64,000 bases of DNA. Source: Candidatus Poribacteria bacterium (GTDB lineage Bacteria; Poribacteria; WGA-4E; WGA-3G). Under the pieces are notes generated by a model. The model ran no database searches and was not told the origin of the DNA. It saw nothing but the letters and a program-made list of their open reading frames with translations. The stretch is taken from positions 4,864,001 to 4,928,000 of the forward strand of contig OZ243938.1 in the NCBI GenBank assembly GCA_965214095.1, given 5' to 3'. Below are positions 29,029 to 40,014 of this stretch, piece after piece; position 1 is the first letter of the stretch; each line of letters begins with the position of its first letter. A program made the position numbers and the translations under genes.

Positions 29029-29979
29029 ATGACAGAAAATCAACCGCAAGAATCGGAAGGATCATCTGAAGAACAAGATTTCAGATCTGGATATGTAAGT
29101 ATTATCGGTGCACCGAATGTAGGGAAATCTACACTCCTGAATACAATCTTAGGACAGAAATTAGCAATCGTTACCCCCAAACCACAAACTACACGTAATC
29201 AAATTCGCGGCATTGTTACTACTGACACACATCAGATGATATTTGTTGATACACCAGGATTGATGGATCCTAAGTATCTTCTGCAATCTGAGATGGTACG
29301 AACTGCTTATGGTGCAATGCGTGATGCAGATGTCATTCTATTGGTTGTTGATGTATCACAGCAAAATGAAGCAATTGAAACAGAAATTATTAAAGAAATA
29401 AAACGTTTAAAAAGAGCCAAGAAGATACTCGTTCTAAATAAAGTAGATTTGGTTGACAAACGTACTCTCTTGCCACTCATTGAGGGTTTCAATGAGAAAT
29501 CTCTATTTGATGAAATTGTACCGATTTCTGCGAAAACGGGTGATGGTGTGCCTTCTCTCCTTGAACAAGTTGCGCCTTTCCTACCATTTGGTCCACTCTA
29601 TTATCCTGAAGACCAACTGAGTGATCTTCCAGAACGATTCTTTATTTCTGAAACTGTTAGAGAGAAGTTATTGCTCATAACAAAAAGGGAAGTACCCTAT
29701 TCTTGTGCAGTTGTGGTTGAGGAGTTTGAAAAACGACAACGAAGGAATTCGGATGAGATACTTTATATACGAGCTATTATTTATGCAGAAAAACAGACAC
29801 AAAAACAGATTATTATTGGAAAAGGTGGTAACATCGTTAAACAGGTGGGTGAATTAGCACGTCTTGATATAGAGAAGTTTTTGGAGACCCCAGTCTATTT
29901 AGAATTGTATGTAACAGTAAAGACTAATTGGCGAAGAGATACACAGAAACTAAAAGAGCTAGGTGGATTTTTAGAGTAA
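29029..29979 (+). CDS. era: GTPase Era
   Basis: GAPNVGKST, KPQTTR, DTPG, NKVD motifs, EVPYS, and KH domain IIIGKGG. Confidence 0.97.
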   Translation: MTENQPQESEGSSEEQDFRSGYVSIIGAPNVGKSTLLNTILGQKLAIVTPKPQTTRNQIRGIVTTDTHQMIFVDTPGLMDPKYLLQSEMVRTAYGAMRDADVILLVVDVSQQNEAIETEIIKEIKRLKRAKKILVLNKVDLVDKRTLLPLIEGFNEKSLFDEIVPISAKTGDGVPSLLEQVAPFLPFGPLYYPEDQLSDLPERFFISETVREKLLLITKREVPYSCAVVVEEFEKRQRRNSDEILYIRAIIYAEKQTQKQIIIGKGGNIVKQVGELARLDIEKFLETPVYLELYVTVKTNWRRDTQKLKELGGFLE

Positions 29980-29991
29980 ACAATTATATAT

Positions 29992-30094
29992 TATAGTGAA
30001 TTATAAATATAAGTTGACACTTTCAACCCACGGTAGGCGAGGTTTCCTAACCTCGCCGATGCAGAGTGTTCAAGTCATTTCAAAATCTACTATA
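29992..30094. repeat. Copy of the 103-bp 4987-5089 element
   Basis: Near-identical sequence. Confidence 0.85.
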
Positions 30095-30110
30095 TTGAGG
30101 TAATGATGCT

Positions 30111-33100
30111 ATGGCAGAAGCGTCAATTGAAATACACGGTGCAAGAGAACACAATCTAAAAAATATAGATATCAGCCTACCTAAGGATAAACTAATTGTA
30201 TTTACTGGCGTTAGTGGTTCGGGCAAATCATCACTTGCAATCGATACATTATATGCAGAAGGACAACGGCGTTACATTGAATCACTTTCAGCGTATGCAC
30301 GTCAGTTTTTAGGACAACTCGGTAAAGCCGAAGTAGACAAGATAGTAGGTTTATCCCCTTCAATAGCGATTGACCAAGGTTCATCAGGACATAATCCACG
30401 CTCAACGGTTGCCACAGTCACCGAAATTTACGATTATCTGAGAGTGCTATTTGCGCGTGCAGGTCAATTCCATTGTCTTGAATGTGACCAGTTAGTCGGT
30501 TCCCAAACAATTGCTGACATCGTATCACACATCCTCAGTTTTCCACCACGTTCACGATTAATGATATTAGCTCCGATTGTCAGAGGAAGACGGGGAGAAT
30601 ATCGGAAAGAGTTATCTGATGCCCGAAGGATGGGATTCGTTCGCGCAAGAATTGATGGGGAAGTCCACGAGATCAGCTCCAATATCGCACTCAACCCAAA
30701 TCAACGGCACAACATTGATATTGTTGTTGATAGAATAATTATCAAAGAAGACATTGATAGTCGTGTCGCTGAAGCAGTGGAAACAGCTCTTTCACTCGGT
30801 GATGATAGTCTGATTGTCAATGTTGTTGCTTCTAACCGTTCTACTACAACCAAAGCGGCAGAAAGTGAAGATTTTCTATTTAGCAGACAATATGCCTGTG
30901 TAGATTGTCAAATAAGTTACGATGTACCCGAACCTCGTCATTTCTCATTTAATAGTCCTTACGGAATGTGTCAACATTGTAGAGGATTGGGTGTGCAGAT
31001 GGCAATTTCACCCAAATTAATAGTAGCGGATGAATCACGCTCCATCTTGGATGGCGCATTAATTTTATGGGAAAAACCTGATCATCAGGAGAAAATGGTC
31101 CTACAGACCTTAGCATCACACCTTAAATTCAAAATTAACTCACCGTGGAAAGACTTAACAACGGATCAACAACATGCAATATTATATGGTACGGGTGATA
31201 AAGTCCTTTCATTTCGTGAACCTTCAAAAGGTCGTAGAAGGAATAGACGTATACGAGGAAGATTTCAAGGATTGATTCCAGCCCATGAAGAACGATTCCT
31301 ATCGTTGTATGTTAATGAAGAAGGCGGGGAATCATACCTGCCAGATTATTTCGCTAAAGCACCATGTAGAGAATGCAATGGATCACGGCTGAATAAAGTT
31401 GTAACAGGAGTTAAACTTACTGATGTAGATATTACTGAAGTTCTGAATATGTCAATTCAGGATGCGACGTCCTTTTTCAATGGTCTGAAACTATCTGAAC
31501 GACAGAATGTGATAGCTTCTGAACTCTTGAAAGAGATACGCACACGACTCGGTTTCCTTATGGATGTTGGATTAGGTTATCTCACGTTATCACGTTCTGC
31601 ACCAACACTATCGGGTGGCGAAGCACAAAGGATACGACTTGCAAGTCAAGTCGGTGCGGGGTTACGCGATGTTACGTATGTCCTTGATGAACCGAGCATC
31701 GGTCTACACCCGCGTGACCACGCAGGTTTGCTGAAAACACTTATTAATCTACGGAATCAAGGCAATACAGTCATCGTCGTTGAACACGACGAAGCAACAA
31801 TGTTGGTAGCGGACCTGATTGTTGATTTCGGTCCGGGGGCAGGGATTAGAGGCGGAGAAATTACCGGTATTGGCACACCAGACCAATTTAAAGAGACAGA
31901 TTCGCTTACAGCACAATATTTACGTGGTGATAAAGAAATTGTTCATCCAGAAGAACGGCGTCAGAATGATGATAAGTGGCTACAAATATGTAAAGCACAG
32001 CAAAATAATCTAAAAAGTATCGATCCAAGAATTCCGATTGGCACGCTCTGTTGCGTAACTGGAGTAAGTGGTTCTGGAAAGAGTTCTCTTATCCATGATA
32101 TTCTATACAAAGCACTTGCCAGAGATTTAATGAAAGCAAAGACTGTGCCGGGTGACTATGAAAAGATTCAGGGGATTGTTGATGGTGAACCTGTCCCTGT
32201 CTCAGATGTCATAGACAAAATCATCAACATTGATATGTCACCCATAGGTCGGACACCTCGCTCCAATCCTGCAACCTATACAAAAGTTTTTGATGCAATC
32301 AGATCATTTTATACAAACTTGCCTGATGCTAAACTTCGTGGATATAAACCTGGACGTTTTAGTTTCAACGTTCCGGGTGGTAGATGTGAAGCCTGTACAG
32401 GCAACGGTGCAAAAAAAGTTGACATGGGTATACTTGCGGATGTGTGGGTTGAATGTGATGTTTGTAACGGTAAACGGTATAACAATGAAACCCTCACTAT
32501 AAAATACAAAGGCAAGAACATATCCGATGTATTAGAAATGGATATTGAATCTGCACTTGAGCATTTTGCGGATCTCCCGAAAATTGCAAAAGGAATTCAG
32601 TTGCTTCACGATGTAGGTTTAGACTACATCAAACTTGGTCAACCTGCTCCAACACTTTCTGGTGGTGAGGCACAGAGAATTAAACTCTCAAAAGAACTTT
32701 CAAAACGGAGTACCGGTAAGACACTTTATATTCTTGATGAACCGACTACTGGTCTACACTTTGAAGATGTCAATAAGCTGCTAACTATTCTTCACAGATT
32801 AGTTGATGAAGGTAATACTGTTGTGGTGGTGGAACACAATCTTGAAGTGATTAATTCTGCTGATTACCTTATTGATTTAGGTCCTGAAGGAGGAATTGAT
32901 GGTGGACAGATTATTGCAGTTGGCACGCCTGAAGAGGTGAAAGATAAATCCGAATCGTATACTGGACAAGCATTACATGGGGAATATGATCTGTGGAAAT
33001 CGCTGGACTCTAAACCGTCAGTTGAAGATAACGGTGATGTTGCACAAGACCTACTCGATCAAAAACAGACCGAAATACGTAAGTCTATCTTGGTTCAAGG

Positions 33101-35828
33101 AGCTGGTGAAAACAACCTTAAGAACATCAATATTGAAATACCGCATCAGAAGTTAACTGCGTTTACAGGTGTTAGTGGATCAGGCAAGACATCTCTTGCA
33201 CTTGATACTATTTATGCTGAAGGACAACGAAGATATATTGAGACACTTAGCACTTATGCACGGCAATTTATTGGGAGTATGGACAAACCGAAAGTGGCTA
33301 AGATTGAAGGATTGTCACCTGCAATTGCTATAACTCACTCAAGTCCAAGCCAGAACCCTCGCTCTACCGTTGCTACGATAACTGAAATACATGACGGTCT
33401 TCGAACACTATATGCAAGATGGGGGCAACCGCACTGTCCATCTTGTGAAGTGGAAGTCCGTCCACAAACAGCACAACAGATTGTAGAACGTTCTTTCAAA
33501 AATTTGAAAGGCAAAAGAGTAGATGTACTTTCACCACTCACGAATTTCAAATCTATCGAAAATGATACTGAGGTCGTTATTGGTGCAGAACGAACACCCG
33601 GTCTAAAGGGAAATGAGGATTATGCCGATGCATTTCAAAGATTGCAACGAACAGGATTTGCACGCGTACAGATTGATGGTGAAATCTATAGGCTTGATGA
33701 AGCACCTGATATCCGAAAACGTCGTCGGCATGAAGTGTTTTTGGTCATTGATCGGCTGAATCTTGTTGAAGATGAGATAAGTCGTTTCACTGAGACTGTA
33801 GAATTAGCACTCATCGAAAGTGAAGGTTTTGTAATCATTCAACCGAATGATAGTAAAGAATTATCTGAAAGACAATTTTTCAGTGAACACGCTATGTGTT
33901 CAAAATGTGGACGGAATTTCCCGCAACTAACACCCCGACACTTCTCATTCAACAATAGATTAGGGGCTTGCAGTTCTTGCGACGGTATTGGTAGAGAATT
34001 AACGGATGACCAATCAACCTGCGAGGATTGTTATGGGACAAGATTAGATGAATTTCCAAGAAATGTCAGATATACTGAAAAAACAATTGCAGAACTGATG
34101 GCTTTGTCAATCGCTGAGATTTCATCGTTTTTCAATGGACAGATAGAAACTATTGAGAAACATCTAACAACGGCTGCAGGTGCTAAGGAAGCAGAATCAG
34201 CGAAGGATCAAGTGCGAAACGTTATTACTTCAAGGGCAACACACCCAAGACTTCATGCACATACATCACCTGAATTTGAAGCACAACTTTTAAGGCAAAT
34301 TCAGTTACGGTTGAGTTTTTTAGAGGATATCGGGCTCGGATACCTCGGTTTAGATAGAACTGCCCCAACGCTTTCTGGTGGAGAAATCCGCAGAATCCGA
34401 CTTGCAAGCCAACTTGGAACTGGACTTACTGGAGTTACTTATATCCTTGATGAACCGAGTATCGGTCTGCACCCGCGCGATCAAGAACGGTTGATTTATG
34501 CAATGAAAGATCTGCGCGACATCGGTAACAGTGTCCTGGTTGTTGAACACGACAGAGATACAATTATGTCTTCTGATCATGTTATTGATTTCGGTCCAAA
34601 AGCAGGAAAGCAAGGTGGAGAAATAGTTGCGGTTGGAACACCAAACGCATTTTCTAACGCAGAACCGATTTCTATGGAAACCGCCATACAATCAGATAAC
34701 GGGGATGACTCTGCAAGAGATGCGAACCTTACAGCCAAAAAAGGATTAACACAGTCATATCTATCAAACGAGATGCAAATCCCTGTTCCAGCGGTGCGTC
34801 GAAAAGGTTCAGGTAAAAGCCTTAAACTGTTCGGTGCAAGAACTAACAATCTTAAAGACATTGACATTAACATTCCAATAGGAACGCTTACATGTGTGAC
34901 GGGTGTTTCTGGGTGTGGAAAGAGCTCGCTGATTGAAGGCACATTACGACCGGCAATGGAATCACGCAAATCAATTAAAAAGAATAAAAATAACACTGGG
35001 AAAAACAATGTAACTGAGAACTATGACAAAATACAAGGTATAAGTCATGTTGAACGTATTATACACATTGATCAGAAACCGATAGGTGAAACACCACGAT
35101 CTAATCCGGCAACCTATACTGACCTATTTACCAAGATTCGTGAGATGTATGCAGAATTACCTGACGCAAAACTTCGTGGATTTAATCGGGGACGTTTCAG
35201 TTTCAACCTATCTTATGGGCAATGTGAAGTATGTGATGGACAACGTTACAATCGTGTTGAGATGCATTTCTTACCCGATGTATGGATACCTTGTGAAAAC
35301 TGCAATAGCACAGGATATAATGCTGAAACATTAGAAGTGAAATACAAAGGCAAAAACATAGCCGAAGTGTTACAGATGACAGTGCTAGAGGCACTTGAAC
35401 TGTTTAGTAACATCAACCGAATTAAACGCACACTCCAAACTTTAGCAGATGTAGGTTTGGATTATATCCAGTTAGGTCAAGCTGCAACTACGCTTTCTGG
35501 TGGAGAAGCACAACGGGTTAAACTTGCAAAGGAACTCGCAAGAAGACAGACTGGAACGACTCTTTACATTATGGATGAACCCACAACTGGTTTGCACTTT
35601 GACGATGTGCAAAAACTTCTCAATGTCCTAAATAAACTTGTTGATGTGGGTAATACAATCGTTGCAGTTGAACACAATCTGGATGTCATTAAATCTGCAG
35701 ATTGGGTTATTGATTTGGGACCTGAGGGAAGTGATGCTGGAGGATACCTTGTAGGAATGGGAACTCCTGAAGAGGTGGCTGAAGTGAAAGAATCACATAC
35801 TGCTCGTTTCCTCCGTGAGATACTTTAG
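30111..35828 (+). CDS. uvrA: Excinuclease ABC subunit A, double-length (two UvrA units, four ABC ATPase domains)
   Basis: [10 protein letters not shown] start. Four TGVSG(S/C)GK(S/T)S Walker A motifs. Four LSGGE signatures. Zinc-finger Cys pairs. Confidence 0.95.
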   Translation: MAEASIEIHGAREHNLKNIDISLPKDKLIVFTGVSGSGKSSLAIDTLYAEGQRRYIESLSAYARQFLGQLGKAEVDKIVGLSPSIAIDQGSSGHNPRSTVATVTEIYDYLRVLFARAGQFHCLECDQLVGSQTIADIVSHILSFPPRSRLMILAPIVRGRRGEYRKELSDARRMGFVRARIDGEVHEISSNIALNPNQRHNIDIVVDRIIIKEDIDSRVAEAVETALSLGDDSLIVNVVASNRSTTTKAAESEDFLFSRQYACVDCQISYDVPEPRHFSFNSPYGMCQHCRGLGVQMAISPKLIVADESRSILDGALILWEKPDHQEKMVLQTLASHLKFKINSPWKDLTTDQQHAILYGTGDKVLSFREPSKGRRRNRRIRGRFQGLIPAHEERFLSLYVNEEGGESYLPDYFAKAPCRECNGSRLNKVVTGVKLTDVDITEVLNMSIQDATSFFNGLKLSERQNVIASELLKEIRTRLGFLMDVGLGYLTLSRSAPTLSGGEAQRIRLASQVGAGLRDVTYVLDEPSIGLHPRDHAGLLKTLINLRNQGNTVIVVEHDEATMLVADLIVDFGPGAGIRGGEITGIGTPDQFKETDSLTAQYLRGDKEIVHPEERRQNDDKWLQICKAQQNNLKSIDPRIPIGTLCCVTGVSGSGKSSLIHDILYKALARDLMKAKTVPGDYEKIQGIVDGEPVPVSDVIDKIINIDMSPIGRTPRSNPATYTKVFDAIRSFYTNLPDAKLRGYKPGRFSFNVPGGRCEACTGNGAKKVDMGILADVWVECDVCNGKRYNNETLTIKYKGKNISDVLEMDIESALEHFADLPKIAKGIQLLHDVGLDYIKLGQPAPTLSGGEAQRIKLSKELSKRSTGKTLYILDEPTTGLHFEDVNKLLTILHRLVDEGNTVVVVEHNLEVINSADYLIDLGPEGGIDGGQIIAVGTPEEVKDKSESYTGQALHGEYDLWKSLDSKPSVEDNGDVAQDLLDQKQTEIRKSILVQGAGENNLKNINIEIPHQKLTAFTGVSGSGKTSLALDTIYAEGQRRYIETLSTYARQFIGSMDKPKVAKIEGLSPAIAITHSSPSQNPRSTVATITEIHDGLRTLYARWGQPHCPSCEVEVRPQTAQQIVERSFKNLKGKRVDVLSPLTNFKSIENDTEVVIGAERTPGLKGNEDYADAFQRLQRTGFARVQIDGEIYRLDEAPDIRKRRRHEVFLVIDRLNLVEDEISRFTETVELALIESEGFVIIQPNDSKELSERQFFSEHAMCSKCGRNFPQLTPRHFSFNNRLGACSSCDGIGRELTDDQSTCEDCYGTRLDEFPRNVRYTEKTIAELMALSIAEISSFFNGQIETIEKHLTTAAGAKEAESAKDQVRNVITSRATHPRLHAHTSPEFEAQLLRQIQLRLSFLEDIGLGYLGLDRTAPTLSGGEIRRIRLASQLGTGLTGVTYILDEPSIGLHPRDQERLIYAMKDLRDIGNSVLVVEHDRDTIMSSDHVIDFGPKAGKQGGEIVAVGTPNAFSNAEPISMETAIQSDNGDDSARDANLTAKKGLTQSYLSNEMQIPVPAVRRKGSGKSLKLFGARTNNLKDIDINIPIGTLTCVTGVSGCGKSSLIEGTLRPAMESRKSIKKNKNNTGKNNVTENYDKIQGISHVERIIHIDQKPIGETPRSNPATYTDLFTKIREMYAELPDAKLRGFNRGRFSFNLSYGQCEVCDGQRYNRVEMHFLPDVWIPCENCNSTGYNAETLEVKYKGKNIAEVLQMTVLEALELFSNINRIKRTLQTLADVGLDYIQLGQAATTLSGGEAQRVKLAKELARRQTGTTLYIMDEPTTGLHFDDVQKLLNVLNKLVDVGNTIVAVEHNLDVIKSADWVIDLGPEGSDAGGYLVGMGTPEEVAEVKESHTARFLREIL

Positions 35829-35882
35829 GGATCAAATCCATTGTCTGAGTTAAATTCTCTTGATTTGTTAGCAGTATTCACT

Positions 35883-36068
35883 CAGGGTTATTTAGTTTTA
35901 ATAATTTTCAAGTGATGAACGTTACTAAGAGTTTATATCGTAGGTCGGGTAGATGCACGAAACCCGACACGTTCAATGCTTGTCGGGTTTCGTGCCTCTA
36001 CCCGACCTACAGGTGTTATATTGAAATGTGAAAAATATAGCAGAAAAACCGAAAACTAAATAACCCTG
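35883..36068. mobile_element. MITE with perfect 17-bp TIRs (CAGGGTTATTTAGTTTT) and 9-bp target duplication GTATTCACT, carrying a REP doublet
   Basis: TIRs at 35883-35899 and 36052-36068. GTATTCACT at 35874-35882 and 36069-36077. Inverted GTAGGTCGGGTAGA.GCACGAAACCCGAC pair inside. Confidence 0.88.
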
Positions 36069-36123
36069 GTATTCACTCATACTTCTTGACTGAATTTCAT
36101 AAATGCATATAATTATGAATATC

Positions 36124-36236
36124 ATACCATTTCTAATAGAAAACACCGCATTTTTGTAGCACAAACTGCCAGTTTGTGAAGTCCTTAAAGAGATTCTTAA
36201 CAAATGTTAATGGGACAAACATTTATAGAATGGTAT
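36124..36236. repeat. ATACCATT...AATGGTAT shell with GTAGCACAAACTGCCAGTTTGTG hairpin core
   Basis: Ends match 13080-13194 but the GTAG hairpin differs. Confidence 0.6.
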
Positions 36237-36267
36237 CAGAAATAAATTACGAACAATGAGGAATTAG

Positions 36268-36486
36268 ATGATTCATATAAAAGAAGAACTCTGCGTATAT
36301 TGCGGGGCATGCGTAGCAGTATGTCCAGAAAACATAATTGAACTTGTAGACACACATCTTAAAATTGACCAACCTAAGTGTATTGATTGTATGAAATGTG
36401 TAAAAGGGTGTCCCATAGGGGTACTATCTATGGAACGTAAAGGAAAAATATACGAATTTGATTTTCCAAACAGAGGTCTTTTCTAA
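36268..36486 (+). CDS. 2x[4Fe-4S] ferredoxin
   Basis: CVYCGACVAVCP and CIDCMKCVKGCP. GAGG RBS. Confidence 0.92.
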   Translation: MIHIKEELCVYCGACVAVCPENIIELVDTHLKIDQPKCIDCMKCVKGCPIGVLSMERKGKIYEFDFPNRGLF

Positions 36487-36518
36487 TCCTATTGTAGAAT
36501 TAGAATAAATGATTACGC

Positions 36519-36621
36519 TATGGTGAAGTATAAAATTATATCTACACTTTCGTCCCACGGTAGACGAGGTTTCCTAACCTCGCCTCAGCAATGTGTAGAA
36601 TTTATTCAATAATTTACTCTA
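36519..36621. repeat. Diverged copy of the 103-bp REP-core element
   Basis: CCCACGGTAGACGAGGTTTCCTAACCTCGCC core with degenerate TATGGTGAA...TTTACTCTA ends. Confidence 0.65.
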
Positions 36622-36641
36622 AATATTCACTGAGATGAAAT

Positions 36642-37835
36642 ATGTATCATTCAGATTATGATGTTATAGTTGTTGGTGCGGGACCGGGCGGATCTATTGC
36701 AGCAAAAGTTGCTGCTGAAAACGATTTACGCGTCCTGCTTTTAGAAAAACGACAAGAAATTGGAACACCCCTCCGCTGAGCGGAGGGGATTGGCACAGTG
36801 GATCTGTGTGAATTTATTCAACCGGAACCTGCATGGATATCGCGTACAATACACGGTGTCCGACTCTTTTCACCAAATGAAACTCCTGTTACTATTCATC
36901 ATGAAGATGCTGGTTATGTAATTGAGCGGAAAGTGTTTGATCGAAGACTTGTGGAATTAGCTACTAATGCTGGTGTGGAAATCATGGTTAAGGCACGTGT
37001 CACTGATGTAACCACCACAGAGAGTAATGTTGTTAACGGGGTCGTTTTCCAGTATTCTGGTCGCGAGTACAAATGTAGAGCCAAAGTTGTCATCGCAGCT
37101 GATGGTGTAGAATCTCAAGTAGGACGTTGGGCAGGTATTGATACAACACATCAACTCCGCGACGTTGGTATATGTGCACAATATCTCATCTCAAATATTG
37201 ACATCATACCAGAATATTTGGATTTTTATTTCGGCAAGGAGAAAGCTCCACTCGGATATATTTGGGTCTTTCCAAAAGGTGATGATATTGCTAATGTTGG
37301 GATAGGAATTAGAGGGAGTATATCTGGAAAAAGTGATAAACTTGCTATAGATTACTTAAACGAGTTTGTTAAAAGAAAGTTCCCAGAGGGAAAGACATTA
37401 GGGTTAGTCTGTGGTGCTGTACCAGTTGGAACAGGTTTACCACGAATAGTCGGAGATGGAATATTGCTTGTAGGAGATGCAGCACATCACAGTGACCCCT
37501 GTTCAGGTGGCGGTATTCCAAATGCAATGTTCTCTGGTAAATATGCTGCAGAAGCTGCTATTGAAGGTATACATAAAGGGGATGTCTCTCAGAAAGTACT
37601 TAGTTCGTATGCTAAAAAGTGGGAACGTGAGAAAGGAAGAAACTTCAAACGTATCTGTCGTATCAGAGATTGTGTTCTCAAATATACTGATGAAATGTAT
37701 GATGAATATGCCGAAGTACTCTCTAAAGTACCCAGTGATCAGATGACATTAGCAAAAATCTTCCAAACCTTCCTAAGACATCAACCGAGTTTACTTCTTG
37801 AATTGCGTCATCTGATTTTAGCAGGATGGGTATAG
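36642..37835 (+). CDS. Geranylgeranyl reductase / DGGGPL-reductase-family FAD oxidoreductase with in-frame TGA (putative Sec46), 397 aa
   Basis: ATG 36642 gives [13 protein letters not shown]...[22 protein letters not shown] in frame with the 345-aa ORF. Also [11 protein letters not shown] and [15 protein letters not shown] motifs. Confidence 0.85.
36789..36813 (+). promoter_or_regulatory. Putative bacterial SECIS element
   Basis: ATTGGCACAG-TGGAT-CTGTGTGAAT stem-loop. The loop starts 19 nt after the TGA and has G at loop position 2. Confidence 0.65.
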
Positions 37836-37962
37836 TAGAAATCTGAATAGATTCTGTATCAACATTTTTAATAAAATACACATTCCCCTTCCAAATTTCC
37901 ACTTGACAAATCCACAAATACATGGAATTATAATTCCACATACTTAATTACACTAACTCTTT

Positions 37963-38856
37963 ATGCGTATTCCAAACTATTATCAAATCTTAGAGATAAA
38001 GCGAGATGCATCTGAATCCGAAATTAAAAAGGCGTTCAGAATACTCGCAAAGAAATATCATCCTGACAAGATAGACTTCAACAATAGTCCGGATCAAATT
38101 GAATGCGCGGAACAGATGTTCCGCGATGTTCTTAACGCTTACGATGTGCTTTCCGACGAAAAACGTAAATCTGAATATGACCGAAGAATACGGAACATTG
38201 AATGCAAGCAAGAGAAATATCAATCGTATTATGACAGACTAAATCAAATCAACTCTGATTGGGCAAAATTGGAATTGTTGTTTCATGCGCTGTTGCACCG
38301 GAACTATAAAACCGGTATCTCAATGTATGAGCAGCTCTGTGAGAAATGTGAGAGTAATGGCACGAAATGGTGTCCAGATGATTTCTTCAACTATGAAGAT
38401 AGTCGTGACTGCGAATTCCTTCTTGCAGAAGCATATCAGAATATTGGATTTGCCAACGGAGATGGTTCTATTTCAGAGCGACACAGAAATATAGAACAAG
38501 CGATGCACATTTACGAAACCTTATTGTCTGCAGAAGGACAACGTCCCTGCTTCAAACACTTTATTACAGAGGTAAAGGATCGTCTCAAGAGAATCTATCT
38601 TTACCATTATAGTGTTGAAGGCCATCAACAGATGTGTCACATTCCGTTGTCAAAGATTCAGGATCTAAATCTACCGAAACGTGAAACTGCATGGATGTAT
38701 AAAAAGATTGCTGAATTTTATGTTGAAATAGACTTGTTCCCCCATGCGCGTCAGGTTTTATTGATGGCATTTGAATTGCAGCCTAATCTTGCAGGTGCAA
38801 AGAAGATATGTAGAACTTTGAACCTGACCAATCAGTGTTCAGTAACTCAGAAATGA
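37963..38856 (+). CDS. DnaJ (J-domain) protein with helical/TPR-like C-terminus
   Basis: NYYQILEI...IKKAFRILAKKYHPDK...AYDVLSD..KR.EYD. Confidence 0.88.
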   Translation: MRIPNYYQILEIKRDASESEIKKAFRILAKKYHPDKIDFNNSPDQIECAEQMFRDVLNAYDVLSDEKRKSEYDRRIRNIECKQEKYQSYYDRLNQINSDWAKLELLFHALLHRNYKTGISMYEQLCEKCESNGTKWCPDDFFNYEDSRDCEFLLAEAYQNIGFANGDGSISERHRNIEQAMHIYETLLSAEGQRPCFKHFITEVKDRLKRIYLYHYSVEGHQQMCHIPLSKIQDLNLPKRETAWMYKKIAEFYVEIDLFPHARQVLLMAFELQPNLAGAKKICRTLNLTNQCSVTQK

Positions 38857-38890
38857 GATTAGACTGTTGAAGAGTGGATGATAGAAAAAA

Positions 38891-39076
38891 ATGTATAATG
38901 AAATTGCTTTTCCACTCATTGCCATCATTCTTGTAGTAGTTTGGCTGATCATATTAACGATGTATCGGCGTAAACATGGAATCAGAACATGGTGTCCGAA
39001 CTGTGGGCAGCGACAAACGGGTTTGTCAACACAGTGTCCGAAATGTGGCGTTGTTTTCAAAGATTGGAAAGAGTAG
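38891..39076 (+). CDS. Small membrane protein with zinc ribbon
   Basis: TM helix followed by CPNCG...CPKCG. Confidence 0.7.
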   Translation: MYNEIAFPLIAIILVVVWLIILTMYRRKHGIRTWCPNCGQRQTGLSTQCPKCGVVFKDWKE

Positions 39077-39113
39077 TTATATATCTTGATTGAACATATT
39101 GAGGAGAAAAATA

Positions 39114-40001
39114 TTGCGAAACGAAGTCCAATGGGAACGCATGTTCCCAGACGAATTAGAAGCAGCTTTTGACAAGTGTCCCGCGGTCTATTTCACCTAC
39201 GGTCTCTGCGAACCGCACGGACCACAAAATACCGTCGGACTGGATGCACTCAAAGCACACGCAATCGCTTGTCGTGCAGCACAACAACACGGCGGCATTG
39301 TCGCACCTCCAGACTATTGGCATATCCACGAAACAGGAACTTATGCGAATTGGGCACAAAAGAATGTCGGTGAAGTGCGGAGTTGGATGACTGCAATGCC
39401 AGCATGGCAACATTTTAAAAATGTCTGCTATCATGTGCGTGCTGCAGATGCGCTCGGATTCCACGCAGCAATCTTCCTCACAGGACATTACGGACCGAAT
39501 TGGCAAGACCTGAAGATGCTCCTTGAGATACTTCAACCACACTTCGCAATACGTCTATATGGACTACCAGATTTTGAAGCAAACACTAAAGGCTTCAGCG
39601 GACAAGGTGATGGTGGAGACCATGCAGGTAGAGTTGAAACATCACTCTTGTGGGCATTAGAACCGGACTGTGTTGATATGTCTCGGATGCCAGAAAAAAA
39701 CGAACCCGGTCCACACTTCGCTATGGGTGGAAACGCTTATGACTCTGACCGTCGCATCGGTGAAAGAATGGTGAACGATGAAGTGACATGGCTTGGCAAC
39801 AAAATGAAAGAATTATTGGATGAATACGCGCATCTAAATATATCCGACCGTCAACCTGTAACTTTCGGAGAAGTTGAACAAATTTGGGAACAACAAGTGA
39901 AACCTGTATTGAATACCTTTAAAACAATGGAAAATACTGGTGAACCGCCGCCGATAGATTCTCAATGGTTCCGTCAATGGAAAATACCAGAAATTGATTG
40001 A
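39114..40001 (+). CDS. Creatininase / mycofactocin peptidase-like amidohydrolase family protein
   Basis: GAGGAG RBS before TTG 39114. G.CEPHG..N..GLD, TGHYG, DHAGRVETS motifs. Confidence 0.85.
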   Translation: MRNEVQWERMFPDELEAAFDKCPAVYFTYGLCEPHGPQNTVGLDALKAHAIACRAAQQHGGIVAPPDYWHIHETGTYANWAQKNVGEVRSWMTAMPAWQHFKNVCYHVRAADALGFHAAIFLTGHYGPNWQDLKMLLEILQPHFAIRLYGLPDFEANTKGFSGQGDGGDHAGRVETSLLWALEPDCVDMSRMPEKNEPGPHFAMGGNAYDSDRRIGERMVNDEVTWLGNKMKELLDEYAHLNISDRQPVTFGEVEQIWEQQVKPVLNTFKTMENTGEPPPIDSQWFRQWKIPEID

Positions 40002-40014
40002 AAAAGGACATCAC

